From: an uncultured Phycisphaerales bacterium | GTDB taxonomy: Bacteria; Planctomycetota; Phycisphaerae; Tepidisphaerales; Tepidisphaeraceae | NCBI GenBank assembly: GCA_963758525.1 | Contig: CAVWVQ010000003.1 | Coordinates: forward strand, 2,048,001-2,112,000 | Reading direction: 5' to 3' | DNA length: 64,000 nt | Shown here: in pieces, positions 54,229-63,711 of the stretch | Layout of the letters: each line of letters opens with the position of its first letter | Position numbering within the stretch: the first letter of the stretch is position 1 | Notes under the pieces: model-generated | Told to the model about the DNA's origin: nothing | The model's database searches: none | What the model saw: only the letters and a program-made list of their open reading frames with translations | Position numbers and translations under genes: made by a program

Positions 54229-55245
54229 TTACTGCCCCGGCTCCGGCTTCCCATGCAGTTCCGCGAGCAACTCATCCAGCGCGCTCTTCCGATCTTCCGG
54301 TTCATACGGCACCCAGCAACTCCGCGGCAGCGCCTGAAGCATCTGCTTGGCCTTGAGGGCCGTTTGATCGTCGGGAATGCTCTTGCCGGAGGTGACCGCA
54401 AGCTGCTGATATTGCCGGAACTGATCGGGAGTGGCGATATTCGCGATCACGTGCGCCGTTGCGTTGGCGCCCAGCGCAGCGACGCGCTGATCGGTGGCCT
54501 TCACCCGGCTGGCGAGCGTGGGATGATCGCTCTCGATCGCCGGCGTCTTGTCGTAGCCGGCGGCGATCATGTGCTTGAAGAAATCGCCGAAGTGCGTCGG
54601 GTCCCAGCCGGCGATCACGTAGAAATGGAATCCCAGCTCGTCGGCTTGCGCTTCGTCGCCGCGGGTGAAGCCCATGTTGACAAACTGCGCCGCCATCGCG
54701 CCGGCGCTGGCGCCGCCCTTCGCGTACGCCGCGCCGTTGTCGCTTCCCCCGGCAACGTATCCCGCGGCGCCGGCGATGCCTTCAATTCCCATTGCCGCCA
54801 TGCTGCGGTTCATTCCCTTGTGGACGTGGCGGGCATAGATATGGCCGAACTCGTGCGCGATCACCGCGGCCAGTTCATCTTCGCTTTTGGTCTGCTGGAA
54901 CAGCTCGTTGTAGACGTAGACGTGGTATCCGCCGGTCGTGAAGGCGTTGAGCGTTTTGCTGTTCACCAGGTGAAACTGCACCTTGTCGGAGAACATCCAC
55001 TGATCGCTCTCGTCTTTGACAAAATGACTTTTGGGCCCGTAGTGCTGTGCGTCGGCGATCTTCGCCGCCGCCTGCACCCGCCGGCCGATCGCGGTGAAGT
55101 AGGCGTTGACGTCCGACTGCACCACCTCGGCCGGATGCAGACTGCCGTCAAACTGATCCGCCTGCAACTGCACCTTCTTGTCGCTGGCGCACCCCGCCGC
55201 CACGGCAAGCAGACAAAACAACCCCGTCGACCATAGATGTTTCAT
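54229..55245 (-). CDS. M48-family zinc metalloprotease lipoprotein
   Basis: Lipobox AAGC, NAFTTGG, ELAAVIAHEFGH, EAQADELG and DHP. Confidence 0.9.
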   Translation of the reverse strand: MKHLWSTGLFCLLAVAAGCASDKKVQLQADQFDGSLHPAEVVQSDVNAYFTAIGRRVQAAAKIADAQHYGPKSHFVKDESDQWMFSDKVQFHLVNSKTLNAFTTGGYHVYVYNELFQQTKSEDELAAVIAHEFGHIYARHVHKGMNRSMAAMGIEGIAGAAGYVAGGSDNGAAYAKGGASAGAMAAQFVNMGFTRGDEAQADELGFHFYVIAGWDPTHFGDFFKHMIAAGYDKTPAIESDHPTLASRVKATDQRVAALGANATAHVIANIATPDQFRQYQQLAVTSGKSIPDDQTALKAKQMLQALPRSCWVPYEPEDRKSALDELLAELHGKPEPGQ

Positions 55246-55388
55246 GAAGATCTCCGCGCCAGCCCCCGTGAAAACTACACCACCTTGCGGCAACCATGAA
55301 TCGCTCGGTGTGATTCCCACGCAGTCGGCGTCGCTGACGCTGTCCGCGGTCTCCGACCCAAGCTACAGCGCCGCACGTCACCGCCGGG

Positions 55389-55712
55389 TTATGCCTCGTC
55401 GGCATCATAGGCCGGCGGCGCATAAACGTTGAACGTGACCGCCGGCGAAGCTGCCTTGTTCACGAACCGGTGCGGAACCCGGGGCGGAACGATCACCACG
55501 TCCCCTTTTCGCAGCGTCAGCTTCTCCTTGCCGATTTCCGCGAGCACTTCCCCTTCGAGCACCAACAGCACCTGTTCGCTTTGCGGATGCTCGTTGCCCT
55601 TCGGTCCGCTCGACTTTCCGGGGGCCAGCGTCATCGTAGCCGTCTGGCTCTTTTTGGAGGTCTGAAGCACTTTGAAAAATGCCCGGCTGTCACGCGCATT
55701 CGCTACGTTCAT
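55389..55712 (-). CDS. Cupin domain protein
   Basis: EHPQSEQVLLVLEG and GDVVIVPPRVPHRF. Confidence 0.88.
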   Translation of the reverse strand: MNVANARDSRAFFKVLQTSKKSQTATMTLAPGKSSGPKGNEHPQSEQVLLVLEGEVLAEIGKEKLTLRKGDVVIVPPRVPHRFVNKAASPAVTFNVYAPPAYDADEA

Positions 55713-55769
55713 GGCCTGATGCTACGAAACTCCGGCTGACAATTCATCATTCGCATTGAATTCGAAATT

Positions 55770-56058
55770 GAAGAGCCGAAGGCGCGAAGCAGCGAAGACA
55801 AACGCGAAGCCGGGGGAGTGCAAACCGTGCGTGACGCGCTGGGCCCGCGGCCCGTTGCCGTGGCACGCGTGCCACGGGGAAGCGTATCAACTCTCACAGG
55901 ATGAGTCGCACTGCCGCAGCGGCGTTGCCGTGGCACGGGCATCTTGCCCGTGCTGGTTGCGTCGACAATGACGAGCATCTGCGGGTCGCACCAACAGGCT
56001 CCACCCGCTTTCTCTTCTTCGCTTCTGTCTTCGCTACTTCGCGCCTTCGCGGCTCTTC
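55770..56058. repeat. cgcgaag-family inverted repeat enclosing gtggcac palindromes
   Basis: gaagagccgaaggcgcgaagcagcgaagacaaacgcgaag / cttcgcttctgtcttcgctacttcgcgccttcgcggctcttc. Confidence 0.78.
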
Positions 56059-56825
56059 TCCCCCGCCAGCACAAACCGGTGCCCAAAGTGCCGGTGATAC
56101 GTCGCAAACGAGATCCCGGCCTGATCGCGCAGCGCGATGATTTCCTCTTTTCTGAGTGCCTGCGCCACGCTGATCCGTCCGTCGTGGCGGACCATCGGAT
56201 TCGCCAGGCTGGTCAGCACGTTCACCCAGAAGTACGCCCGGCGATGCCGAAGCAGATCCCCCACAATGACACCCCGCCGCGCAACTCGCCCCATCTCCGC
56301 CAGCACAGTCACAACGTCCGCCTCATCGAGATGATGCAGGAACAGCGAGGTCGTCGCGTAATCGAAGCTGCCGTCCGCGAAAGGGAGGCACATTGCGTTT
56401 GCCTGCACGATCCGAACACTATCGTTCGATCCGGCGGCCCCCGCCGTCTTGGCGTGCAGATCGACACCCACGACTCGCACGTCAAACCCGCGCCGCACAG
56501 CCCACTTCAACATCGCCCGCGGGACATCCGCCGAGCCGGTGGCAATGTCGAGAATCCGAATCGTCTCGCCGGGCTTCCAACTTCGGCTGAATCGCGCGAG
56601 ATGGCTCAGCGTCGATCGCGTATACCCGAGCACTCCGTTAATCCGCCGAAGATATCGCAGGCTCTGGCGAAGTTGCTCCGCGTCCGTGCCCGGTTCGTCC
56701 ATCCACTCCGGGCCACGCAGACGCGAGCGGAGGAAGCGGGGATTGACGACGTTCAATACGCTCGGCGGGTCGCGGAGGAGGGGATCGTTCACTTCCCACC
56801 TTTGGTTGTTGGCGATGGTGCGCAC
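56034..56825 (-). CDS. SAM-dependent methyltransferase (start uncertain)
   Basis: EWMDEP, ILDIATGSADVP and FDYATTSLFLHHL. Confidence 0.85.
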   Translation of the reverse strand: MRTIANNQRWEVNDPLLRDPPSVLNVVNPRFLRSRLRGPEWMDEPGTDAEQLRQSLRYLRRINGVLGYTRSTLSHLARFSRSWKPGETIRILDIATGSADVPRAMLKWAVRRGFDVRVVGVDLHAKTAGAAGSNDSVRIVQANAMCLPFADGSFDYATTSLFLHHLDEADVVTVLAEMGRVARRGVIVGDLLRHRRAYFWVNVLTSLANPMVRHDGRISVAQALRKEEIIALRDQAGISFATYHRHFGHRFVLAGEKSREGAK

Positions 56826-56969
56826 ACGCTACAAGTGATATCACCGGTCGCTTGCCTGCGGAAATGCAGCAGACGTACGCGCCCCGGCGTCACGCAATCC
56901 AGATTGCCAGTAGGATATCGAGCCAAACTTTTCGATGGTAAGCGGCCGGGCAAATCCTCTCGGAGCTTT

Positions 56970-57581
56970 ATGATACTGGCGCAGGGCGCTCCCGCGGAAG
57001 GCCTAGCGCCGCTCTGCGGCGTCGTTGGAATTCTCCTACTGCTGATTTGGCTTGTCGCGGCAGCCATTCGGCTTTTGAACCTCGGGAGACGCCGGGCGCG
57101 GGCTCGAGGGCCGAATGGACCCGAGCGGAGGAGTTGGCCTCAGCGCATCTTGTTCGTCGCGCTGACGTGCGCGCTGCTGTTTGGGCTGATCTTTGTATTT
57201 CTTGCGTTGTCAGTGCTGGAGTCGCCGACGCACGCGTGGAGAAACCGGACGCGGACGGTTATTTTGAGCGCAGCAGACACCGCAACCGGCCAGCGCGTCC
57301 CGATCGAGGCGACCTGGCGGCAGGACATCGAAGATCCATGTGCCGTCCTCAGTTCCGGAACAAGCTCGTCGACTCAACCCGGCGAAGTTGAGGTCACGTG
57401 GAATGTTCAGATTCCGCTCACAATTACCGCGAACGGTTACGACGATCAGGTCGTGACGCTTAACCCGGCATTGCCAAAACGGGTGCTGCTCCATCTCTCC
57501 CGAACGATCTGCCAGGTGCCGCGCGAATCCATGAACAGGGAACACGAATCTGCGCCAATGGGCACGAATCCTCACGAATAA
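56970..57581 (+). CDS. Hypothetical membrane protein
   Basis: ggag RBS, ATG 56970, two TM helices; only the 3' part of ORF 55944..57581 looks real. Confidence 0.55.
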   Translation: MILAQGAPAEGLAPLCGVVGILLLLIWLVAAAIRLLNLGRRRARARGPNGPERRSWPQRILFVALTCALLFGLIFVFLALSVLESPTHAWRNRTRTVILSAADTATGQRVPIEATWRQDIEDPCAVLSSGTSSSTQPGEVEVTWNVQIPLTITANGYDDQVVTLNPALPKRVLLHLSRTICQVPRESMNREHESAPMGTNPHE

Positions 57582-57637
57582 ACGCGGGGAAATCTGTTTC
57601 GTGAAGATTCTTGCGAAATTCGTGTCGATTCGTGTTC
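57540..57637. repeat. cacgaat-family imperfect inverted repeat
   Basis: gaacacgaat..cacgaat..cacgaat / ttcgtg..attcgtg..attcgtgttc. Confidence 0.7.
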
Positions 57638-57782
57638 TGCATTTCTCGGTACCTGCGGAACGGGCGGGATCGCGCACGTCATTTAGACAGAGATGCCCGA
57701 CCACCCCGGACGCCTTCGCATTTTCCTGTTTCACCTGGGCATCAATCAATCCACGGCGGCCTCAGTCGCGGAAGAGGGCCAC

Positions 57783-58079
57783 TCAATTCATGCGTAGAGC
57801 TCCGGCATGGGGATCGAGATTCGAGACGAAGCGGGTCTTGGGTGGTTCGGTCGCCAGCGCCACGCCACCGGGAGATCTGGACCACTCGCGATCTTGCAGG
57901 GGTTGTGTCTCTAAAGCGAGGACGTCGGGCACCATGGTACGGGAGTACGGTTCGACAAGAGCAAAGATGCCCTTGGGGAGCAAGCCTGCATTGAATGCGT
58001 CGCAGATCGCGCCGGTCCAATGCTGGTGGAAGTGATGAAAATAACCTAACGGCGCTCGAGTCCAATCATGGATGGGCAT
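57783..58079 (-). pseudogene. Truncated DUF4058-type gene (N-terminal part only)
   Basis: MPIHDWTR...FHHFHQHW...LLPKG.FALVE...PDVL is the N-terminus as recalled for this planctomycete family; the ORF stops after ~98 aa. Confidence 0.65.
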
Positions 58080-58373
58080 GGCGACCACCTCTATGGTGAG
58101 AGCTTATCATTGACTCTGCAGAGCCGCGACTTGCGGTCAGCAGATCAAGCCGGTCGAGCTCGCATCCCATCCGCGCCCATCCGCGCGAACCGTGGCTGAA
58201 ACTCTTCCTGTTCGAGAGCAGCCCGGCGACAAAGTCGCTCGGCTCCGTGCTGCCGCGGCTCTGACGCCCTTTCCCACGGGTGCGATTACTCTGCGCCCGC
58301 GTTGGACCAAGCCCTGTCTGAAACTCCCCGCGCGGCCCGACAGGCGCGGCCCTGCCGGTCGTCGAATAAATCG

Positions 58374-58517
58374 GGGTGTGCCCAGCGTTCTGCGTCCCTC
58401 CCCCGTGCAGCCGTCGAGCTTTGCTCGCGGTTGTCCGAGCGGCACAAAATCCCGCGAGCAAACTCGGCGGCTGCACTCAGAGAGACGGAACGCTTATCGC
58501 AAAATCTGGGCACACCC
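58374..58517. repeat. Nested inverted repeats downstream of the SRPBCC gene
   Basis: gggtgtgcccag/ctgggcacaccc enclosing gtgcagccgtcgagctttgctcgcgg/ccgcgagcaaactcggcggctgcac. Confidence 0.72.
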
Positions 58518-58526
58518 AACGGACCC

Positions 58527-59432
58527 TCAATCTCCGGCGGATGTTTGCAGCACCGCTGCCAGTTGCTGCAGCGACGCGGTCCAGCCGCGTTCGTGGCCCT
58601 GCTTGCTTTCGACGTTGGCAAAGCCGTCGTGGATCAAAGTGACTTCGGTGCCGCCGGCGCGGGCGGTGAGTTCGAACGTCACGCGCGATTCGTGGTTCTG
58701 GTCTTCCCACATCCACGAATAGACCAGGCGGTTGGGCCGATCGATCTCCTGGTAGGCGCCGGCGACGAAGAGGGTTCCGGGGCCGGTTGGAGCATCGGGC
58801 CGCTTTTCCATTTTGATGCGGTAACGGCCGCCGATGTGCGGCTCCATCAACATCACGTCGCACGTTTTCACCATGATGCGCGGGCCCATCCATTGGCAGA
58901 CCAGCTTCGGGTCGAGCAATGCGTCGAACACCCGCTGCGGCGAGGCGTTGACCTGCTGCTTGAGCGTGAGCCGCAGTTCGAGCAGGTCGGCCAATTGCGG
59001 CAGCGACCCGCCCCACCCGGCCAGATGCTGATCGCGGGCCTGTTCTGAACTGAAGCCTTCATGGGTGAGCGTCACCAGCGTCCCCGCATCGGCCGGCTCG
59101 AACAGAACCGTGACGAGCGTTTCGACCTCTTCGCCGTCGCGAATCCAGGTGAATGAGAGGTGGGTGTGCCGGTCGATCCGGCGATAGACGCCGCTGACTC
59201 CCCCGCTGCACGGCTCCCGCCCCGCGACTGCCCTGGTGTGCGTGCGAAGATGGTAGCGCCCGCCGACGCGCGGCTCGAGCAGCGTCGCCTCGCACGATTC
59301 CACCCATTCCCTGGGCCCGATCCACTTGCACAGCAGCTTCGGGTCGAGCCATGCGGCGAACACCGCATGCGGGGGCGCCTTCACGTGCTGCGTGAGGGTG
59401 AGCTTGAGTTCCGTTTCACTTGCGTTTGCCAT
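58527..59432 (-). CDS. Tandem SRPBCC (AHSA1-like) domain protein
   Basis: Two repeats of APP/ASP.VF.A.LDPKL.C.W.GP...GGRY...GT.VTL.H.GF...H..GW. Confidence 0.9.
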   Translation of the reverse strand: MANASETELKLTLTQHVKAPPHAVFAAWLDPKLLCKWIGPREWVESCEATLLEPRVGGRYHLRTHTRAVAGREPCSGGVSGVYRRIDRHTHLSFTWIRDGEEVETLVTVLFEPADAGTLVTLTHEGFSSEQARDQHLAGWGGSLPQLADLLELRLTLKQQVNASPQRVFDALLDPKLVCQWMGPRIMVKTCDVMLMEPHIGGRYRIKMEKRPDAPTGPGTLFVAGAYQEIDRPNRLVYSWMWEDQNHESRVTFELTARAGGTEVTLIHDGFANVESKQGHERGWTASLQQLAAVLQTSAGD

Positions 59433-59793
59433 GACCATGATTTCTCCTGAGAGGGATTTGAGGTTGTGCAGGCGGATCGAAATGATCCGCCAACTGTTGA
59501 AGGCTCCCGGACCAGAACCCGCGATAGAACTCGAGCCACTGCTGGGCGGACTGCAATGCCTGGGTCTCAAGCCGGCAACGGCGGTGCTTGCCGTCGATGC
59601 GCCGGGCGATCAGGCCGGCGTCTTCGAGGACCCGCAGGTGCCGGGAGACAGCAGGGGCGGAAATCGGGAACCTCGCCGCGAGCGTCCCCGCGGCGACTTC
59701 TCCCGCGGCCAGCACCTGGAGGATCTCACGCCGAGTTGGGTCCGCCAACGCGGCGAAGGTGCGGTCGAGATCCGGGGGCTCTTCAATTAACAT
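59416..59793 (-). CDS. ArsR/SmtB-family transcriptional regulator
   Basis: LDRTFAALADPTRREIL and SAPAVSRHLRVLEDAGLI. Confidence 0.92.
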   Translation of the reverse strand: MLIEEPPDLDRTFAALADPTRREILQVLAAGEVAAGTLAARFPISAPAVSRHLRVLEDAGLIARRIDGKHRRCRLETQALQSAQQWLEFYRGFWSGSLQQLADHFDPPAQPQIPLRRNHGHGKRK

Positions 59794-59798
59794 TCGTG

Positions 59799-59822
59799 TT
59801 ATTTAACCTATAAGTTAAATAA
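59799..59822. promoter_or_regulatory. Palindromic operator, probably ArsR autoregulatory site
   Basis: ttatttaac-ctataa-gttaaataa, 5 nt upstream of the ArsR ATG in an AT-rich patch. Confidence 0.75.
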
Positions 59823-59960
59823 TTGCAAGGGGAAAATTTTCAAGTGCCGGGCGAGATTACGCAGCTCATCCACGGGTGCTTTCTGATATTCGCGGCTGGG
59901 CACGCCCCGCGAGCGAGGCAGCTAATTAAAGGATTCGGACTCGAAGACGAGTGCCTGATG

Positions 59961-61193
59961 TCATTTTGCGCCGGAATATGTGGCGCGGACGTAGCGGATG
60001 TAATTCTCTACCGATCGCAGCGCCGCTACGAGGCGCGGTTCCATGATCTTCACGCCGACGTCGTTCAGGTGATAGTCGGTGTCGTAGCCGTACTCGCGCG
60101 GCAGAACATTTTCGCCGGGCTGGAGGAGTTCGATGGCGCCGTTCCGCGTTGCGTAGTCAATAAACGTCTGCTCCATCTTGAGCAGTGCCGGTTGATCGAA
60201 TTGGGGGACGCTGAGCCGAAGGGGAGGCATGACGCACAGGGTGCAGTTCCGCGCGGCGCAGGCGTCCTTCAGCAGCGAGAAAGCGGTTCCGCCACGGCTG
60301 TCAATCGGATCCATGGCCGCGGGATTGTGCTCGTCTGGGTTGCTGAGTTGCCATGATGCGTAGCTAAGGGAACCGGGCCGCGGGAAGAGGATATTGCCGT
60401 CGGCGTCGATCGCATCAAGTGTATAGGGGGTTTTCCCGTTTCGGGGTTCTGAGCCGTCCGCAGCCGCACGTTGTCCCGCGGGGGCCGGGGCCTGCGGCGG
60501 AGCCTTTATTCCAAATGCGCGGGCAACCCTTGGGCCAAAGAATCGATCGACGACGCCGTTGCTCGGAACGGTGCCGAAGGCTCTCTGGAGCCGATAGGTG
60601 GCGTTAGCCTCCAACAACGTGCGAATGCGACTCGATCGATAGCGGGCTCTCCACCATCGAGTCGTGAAGAACACCTCCGGCGTTTGTTGGATGGCGTTGG
60701 GATGCGCGGTGAGAAATTCGAGGCGCAGGTCGTCGTTGCGATCGTTTGAGGCGTTTCTGTGGAAATGAGAGAGCTCAGGGGAGTAGACGACGATATCGCC
60801 CGGGCTGACGCATTCCAGGGCGCGGCCGGCGATGACATCGGCGCCCAGGCCGGCATGGAGGCCGTAGTTGATGACGGGCACTCCAAGGTCGCGCGTCATC
60901 CGGGGTGCATCGACGCCGAAGCGGATGTTGCTGCCGCCGATGAAAATGATCTTGTGCTGGTGAATCCGCTGGGCGACGGCGGCGGTTCTGGAATCGAGCG
61001 CCAGCGTCCAATCCAATGCGGGCGGGGGAGGCACGCGCTTGCCAATTTCGAATCCAAGGATCAGAGGTGACAATGCGGCAAAGACGACTGCGACATTAAA
61101 GAGCATGGCCTGGCGACGCGTACCAGGGACGACCGGGGGATGATCCGGTTGCTGAATCTTCGGCAAGGGTCGCGGTGGCTCGGCGGGTCTCAT
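59961..61193 (-). CDS. SGNH-like (DltD/AlgJ-like) partner of MBOAT
   Basis: N-terminal TM, KIIFIGGSN, NYGLHAGLG and DTDYHLN. Confidence 0.65.
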   Translation of the reverse strand: MRPAEPPRPLPKIQQPDHPPVVPGTRRQAMLFNVAVVFAALSPLILGFEIGKRVPPPPALDWTLALDSRTAAVAQRIHQHKIIFIGGSNIRFGVDAPRMTRDLGVPVINYGLHAGLGADVIAGRALECVSPGDIVVYSPELSHFHRNASNDRNDDLRLEFLTAHPNAIQQTPEVFFTTRWWRARYRSSRIRTLLEANATYRLQRAFGTVPSNGVVDRFFGPRVARAFGIKAPPQAPAPAGQRAAADGSEPRNGKTPYTLDAIDADGNILFPRPGSLSYASWQLSNPDEHNPAAMDPIDSRGGTAFSLLKDACAARNCTLCVMPPLRLSVPQFDQPALLKMEQTFIDYATRNGAIELLQPGENVLPREYGYDTDYHLNDVGVKIMEPRLVAALRSVENYIRYVRATYSGAK

Positions 61194-61199
61194 ATGGGG

Positions 61200-62590
61200 T
61201 CAAAACCGGTAGTATAGAAATTCAGGAGGAGCGACGGTGCCGAGGGTGAACAGCATGCTCAGGCTCATCAGCGCGCAGCGCCCAGCGCCCACGGCAACGT
61301 TGGACGGAAGCGCCGGCTCAATTCCCGAGTGTTGGGCAGCGCCAGGGCGATGATGATTGCGATGAGCAAATACGGCAGCGCGGTAACGAGGACAGGGTCG
61401 TAAGCCATGCGACGGCCGATGTTGAGTCCCAGCATCGAACGGTAGACGCCAGCCGCGTCGCTGAAGGATTTTGCGCGGAACAGAACCCAGCCGCCGACCA
61501 CGGTAGCAGTAGTCAGCAGCCAGCCCGGAAGCGCCGGCATCGTGCGTCTGGCGGCGGACCAGCGGTGGTTGATCACCAATGCGATTCCGTGCACTCCTCC
61601 CCAGAGAACGAAGGTCCATCCCGCTCCGTGCCACATCCCGCCGATCAGCATGGTCACCAGCAGATTCGCGGTATTCCGCGGCTTGCTGACACGAGACCCG
61701 CCGAGGGGGATGTAAATATAATCTTTCAGAAAGTTGCTCAGCGTGATGTGCCAGTTGCGCCAGAACTGGCTGATGCTGGTCGATTTGTAGGGGGACAGAA
61801 AGTTCCAGGGGAATTGGACGCCGAACATGAGGGCCAGACCGACGGCCATGTCGGAGTAGCCGGAGAAATCGAAGTAAAGCTGCATGGTGTAGCAGATGAC
61901 GACCGCCCAGGCGTTGAGCGTGGCGAGTGAATGCACGGCGGCGGGATCGAAGCCGGCGTCGGAAACTTTGCCCAGCGAATCGGCCAGCAGCGTCTTCTTT
62001 GCCAGACCGACGGAAAAAATGAACAGCGCGAGCGACAACGTCTGGGCGGTGGGCCTGGGTTGCTCCAGTTGCGGCATCATCGAGGCGTGATGCACGATCG
62101 GCCCGGCAATCAGATGCGGGAAGAAGCTGACGAACAGCAGATATCGCCAGAACCCCGCCAGAGGCGCGGCCCTTTTGTAGCGGTCGATGAGATATGCGAT
62201 CTGCACGAACGTGAAAAACGAAATCCCCAGCGGGAGCATTTTGGCAGCCAGTGGATGGCTCATGATCCCCACTTGAGCAGCGACGGAGGACGCGAATACG
62301 GCATACTTAAACCAGAACAGCAGGGCGACGTTGCCGGCCACTCCAACGCACAGCGCAGCCTTGGCAAAATACCGGCCGCGCTCCACGTATCGCGAAAGAA
62401 TCCAGTTAATGACGATCGATGACAGCAGCAGAGGTATATCCCGCGGGCGCCAGACGCCATAGAAGACAATCGAGGCGGCGGTGAGAATTCCCAGTGCCGC
62501 GCCCACGCCGGCGAAGCGCCGCATCAGCGCAAACAACAGGCCCGTGATCGGCAGGAAGACGAAGATGAATTCGACGGATGAGAAGAGCAT
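61200..62590 (-). CDS. MBOAT-family O-acyltransferase (AlgI/DltB-like); frameshift near 61280
   Basis: LPLGISFFTF, FFPHLIAGPI, YFDFSGYSDMA, FWRNWHITLS and GMWHGAGW; terminal EFLYYRF in ORF ending 61200. Confidence 0.92.
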
Positions 62591-62765
62591 GCGTCAGGCG
62601 GGAGATTCCTGCTGGAATCGGCCCGCCTGAAAGAGTAGCAGATTGTCGGGAAAATCACGTTTCCCGCGCGGGGGGGCTTAACACCGCGCAGGCGCGCTTG
62701 CGCAGCAGCGCCGGGCCGATATGTTCAGGGAGGAGATCCGGGGCGGCACGAATGCGAGGCGCGCG

Positions 62766-63593
62766 ATGAAGGGCGTTATTCTGGCGGGAGGTACGGGGTC
62801 GCGGCTTTTTCCGCTGACCAAGGTGACCAACAAACATCTGCTGCCGGTCTATAACAAGCCGATGATCTATTACCCCGTCGAGTGCATGGTGCGGGCTGGC
62901 ATCGAACAGGTGCTGCTGGTGACGGGCGGCAACAACAGCGGTGATTTCATCCGCCTGCTCGGCAACGGGCGGGAGTTTGGGCTGAAGAATCTCAACTACA
63001 CGTATCAGGAAAAGGCTGGAGGAATCGCCGAGGCACTTTCGCTGGCGGAGCACTTTGCCGAGGGAGAGCCGATTTGTCTGATTCTTGGAGATAACATCGT
63101 TGAATACGCCATCAACGACTGCGCGCAGCGGTTCGCGGAGCAGAAGATTGGCGCGAAAATTCTGCTGTCGCAGGTGGAGAATCCTTCCGCCTACGGGATC
63201 GCGGAGATGAAGGGGGAGGCGGTTGCCCGGATTGTCGAGAAGCCGAAGGAGCCCAAGAGCAACTGGGCGGTGATCGGGATTTATTTTTTCGATGGGAAGG
63301 TGTTCGAGATCGTGCGCACGCTCAAGCCGTCGGCACGAAACGAACTGGAGATCACGGACGTGAACAACGCGTATATCCAGCGCGGCGAGATGACCGCCGA
63401 CAAGCTGAACGGGTGGTGGGCGGACGCCGGCGAAAACATCGACTTTTACCTGAAGGCGTGCAATAGGGTGGCGGAGTCGGGAGCGAATAAGGAGGGGGGA
63501 GGCACGAAGGCACTTGGGGGAGCAGGCACGGAGGCACGGGAAGAAGCAGGCACGGAGGCACGAAGGCACGGAGGCACGGAGGGAAGGAAGTAG
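62766..63593 (+). CDS. rfbA: Glucose-1-phosphate thymidylyltransferase-like nucleotidyltransferase
   Basis: MKGVILAGGTGSRLFPLT, NKHLLPVYNKPMIYYP, LGDN, EKP and PSARNELEITD; adjacent to rfbC. Confidence 0.85.
   Translation: MKGVILAGGTGSRLFPLTKVTNKHLLPVYNKPMIYYPVECMVRAGIEQVLLVTGGNNSGDFIRLLGNGREFGLKNLNYTYQEKAGGIAEALSLAEHFAEGEPICLILGDNIVEYAINDCAQRFAEQKIGAKILLSQVENPSAYGIAEMKGEAVARIVEKPKEPKSNWAVIGIYFFDGKVFEIVRTLKPSARNELEITDVNNAYIQRGEMTADKLNGWWADAGENIDFYLKACNRVAESGANKEGGGTKALGGAGTEAREEAGTEARRHGGTEGRK
63500..63583 (+). repeat. aggcacg(g/a) short tandem repeat tract inside the 3' end of the rfbA ORF
   Basis: About eight aggcac units, e.g. ggcacggaggcacgaaggcacggaggcacgga. Confidence 0.75.
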
Positions 63594-63711
63594 GATCTTT
63601 GTTAAAAGGCGACGTCAGACGGGTTTTGGTGGGAAGTTAACCGCGGCGATTGGATTATCATCGGGACCTTTGGGGTCGCTTTTAAATCGGGCGCGGTGAA
63701 CAACGGACGGT

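Noticed and set aside
53833..55236. 467-aa + strand ORF
   Set aside because: Antisense shadow of the M48 protease with no motifs; the same applies to 32308..33603, 33675..34916, 31082..32368 and similar GC-rich shadow ORFs
55944..56969. 5' half of the 545-aa ORF 55944..57581
   Set aside because: Antisense to the methyltransferase; a plausible RBS and start occur at 56970
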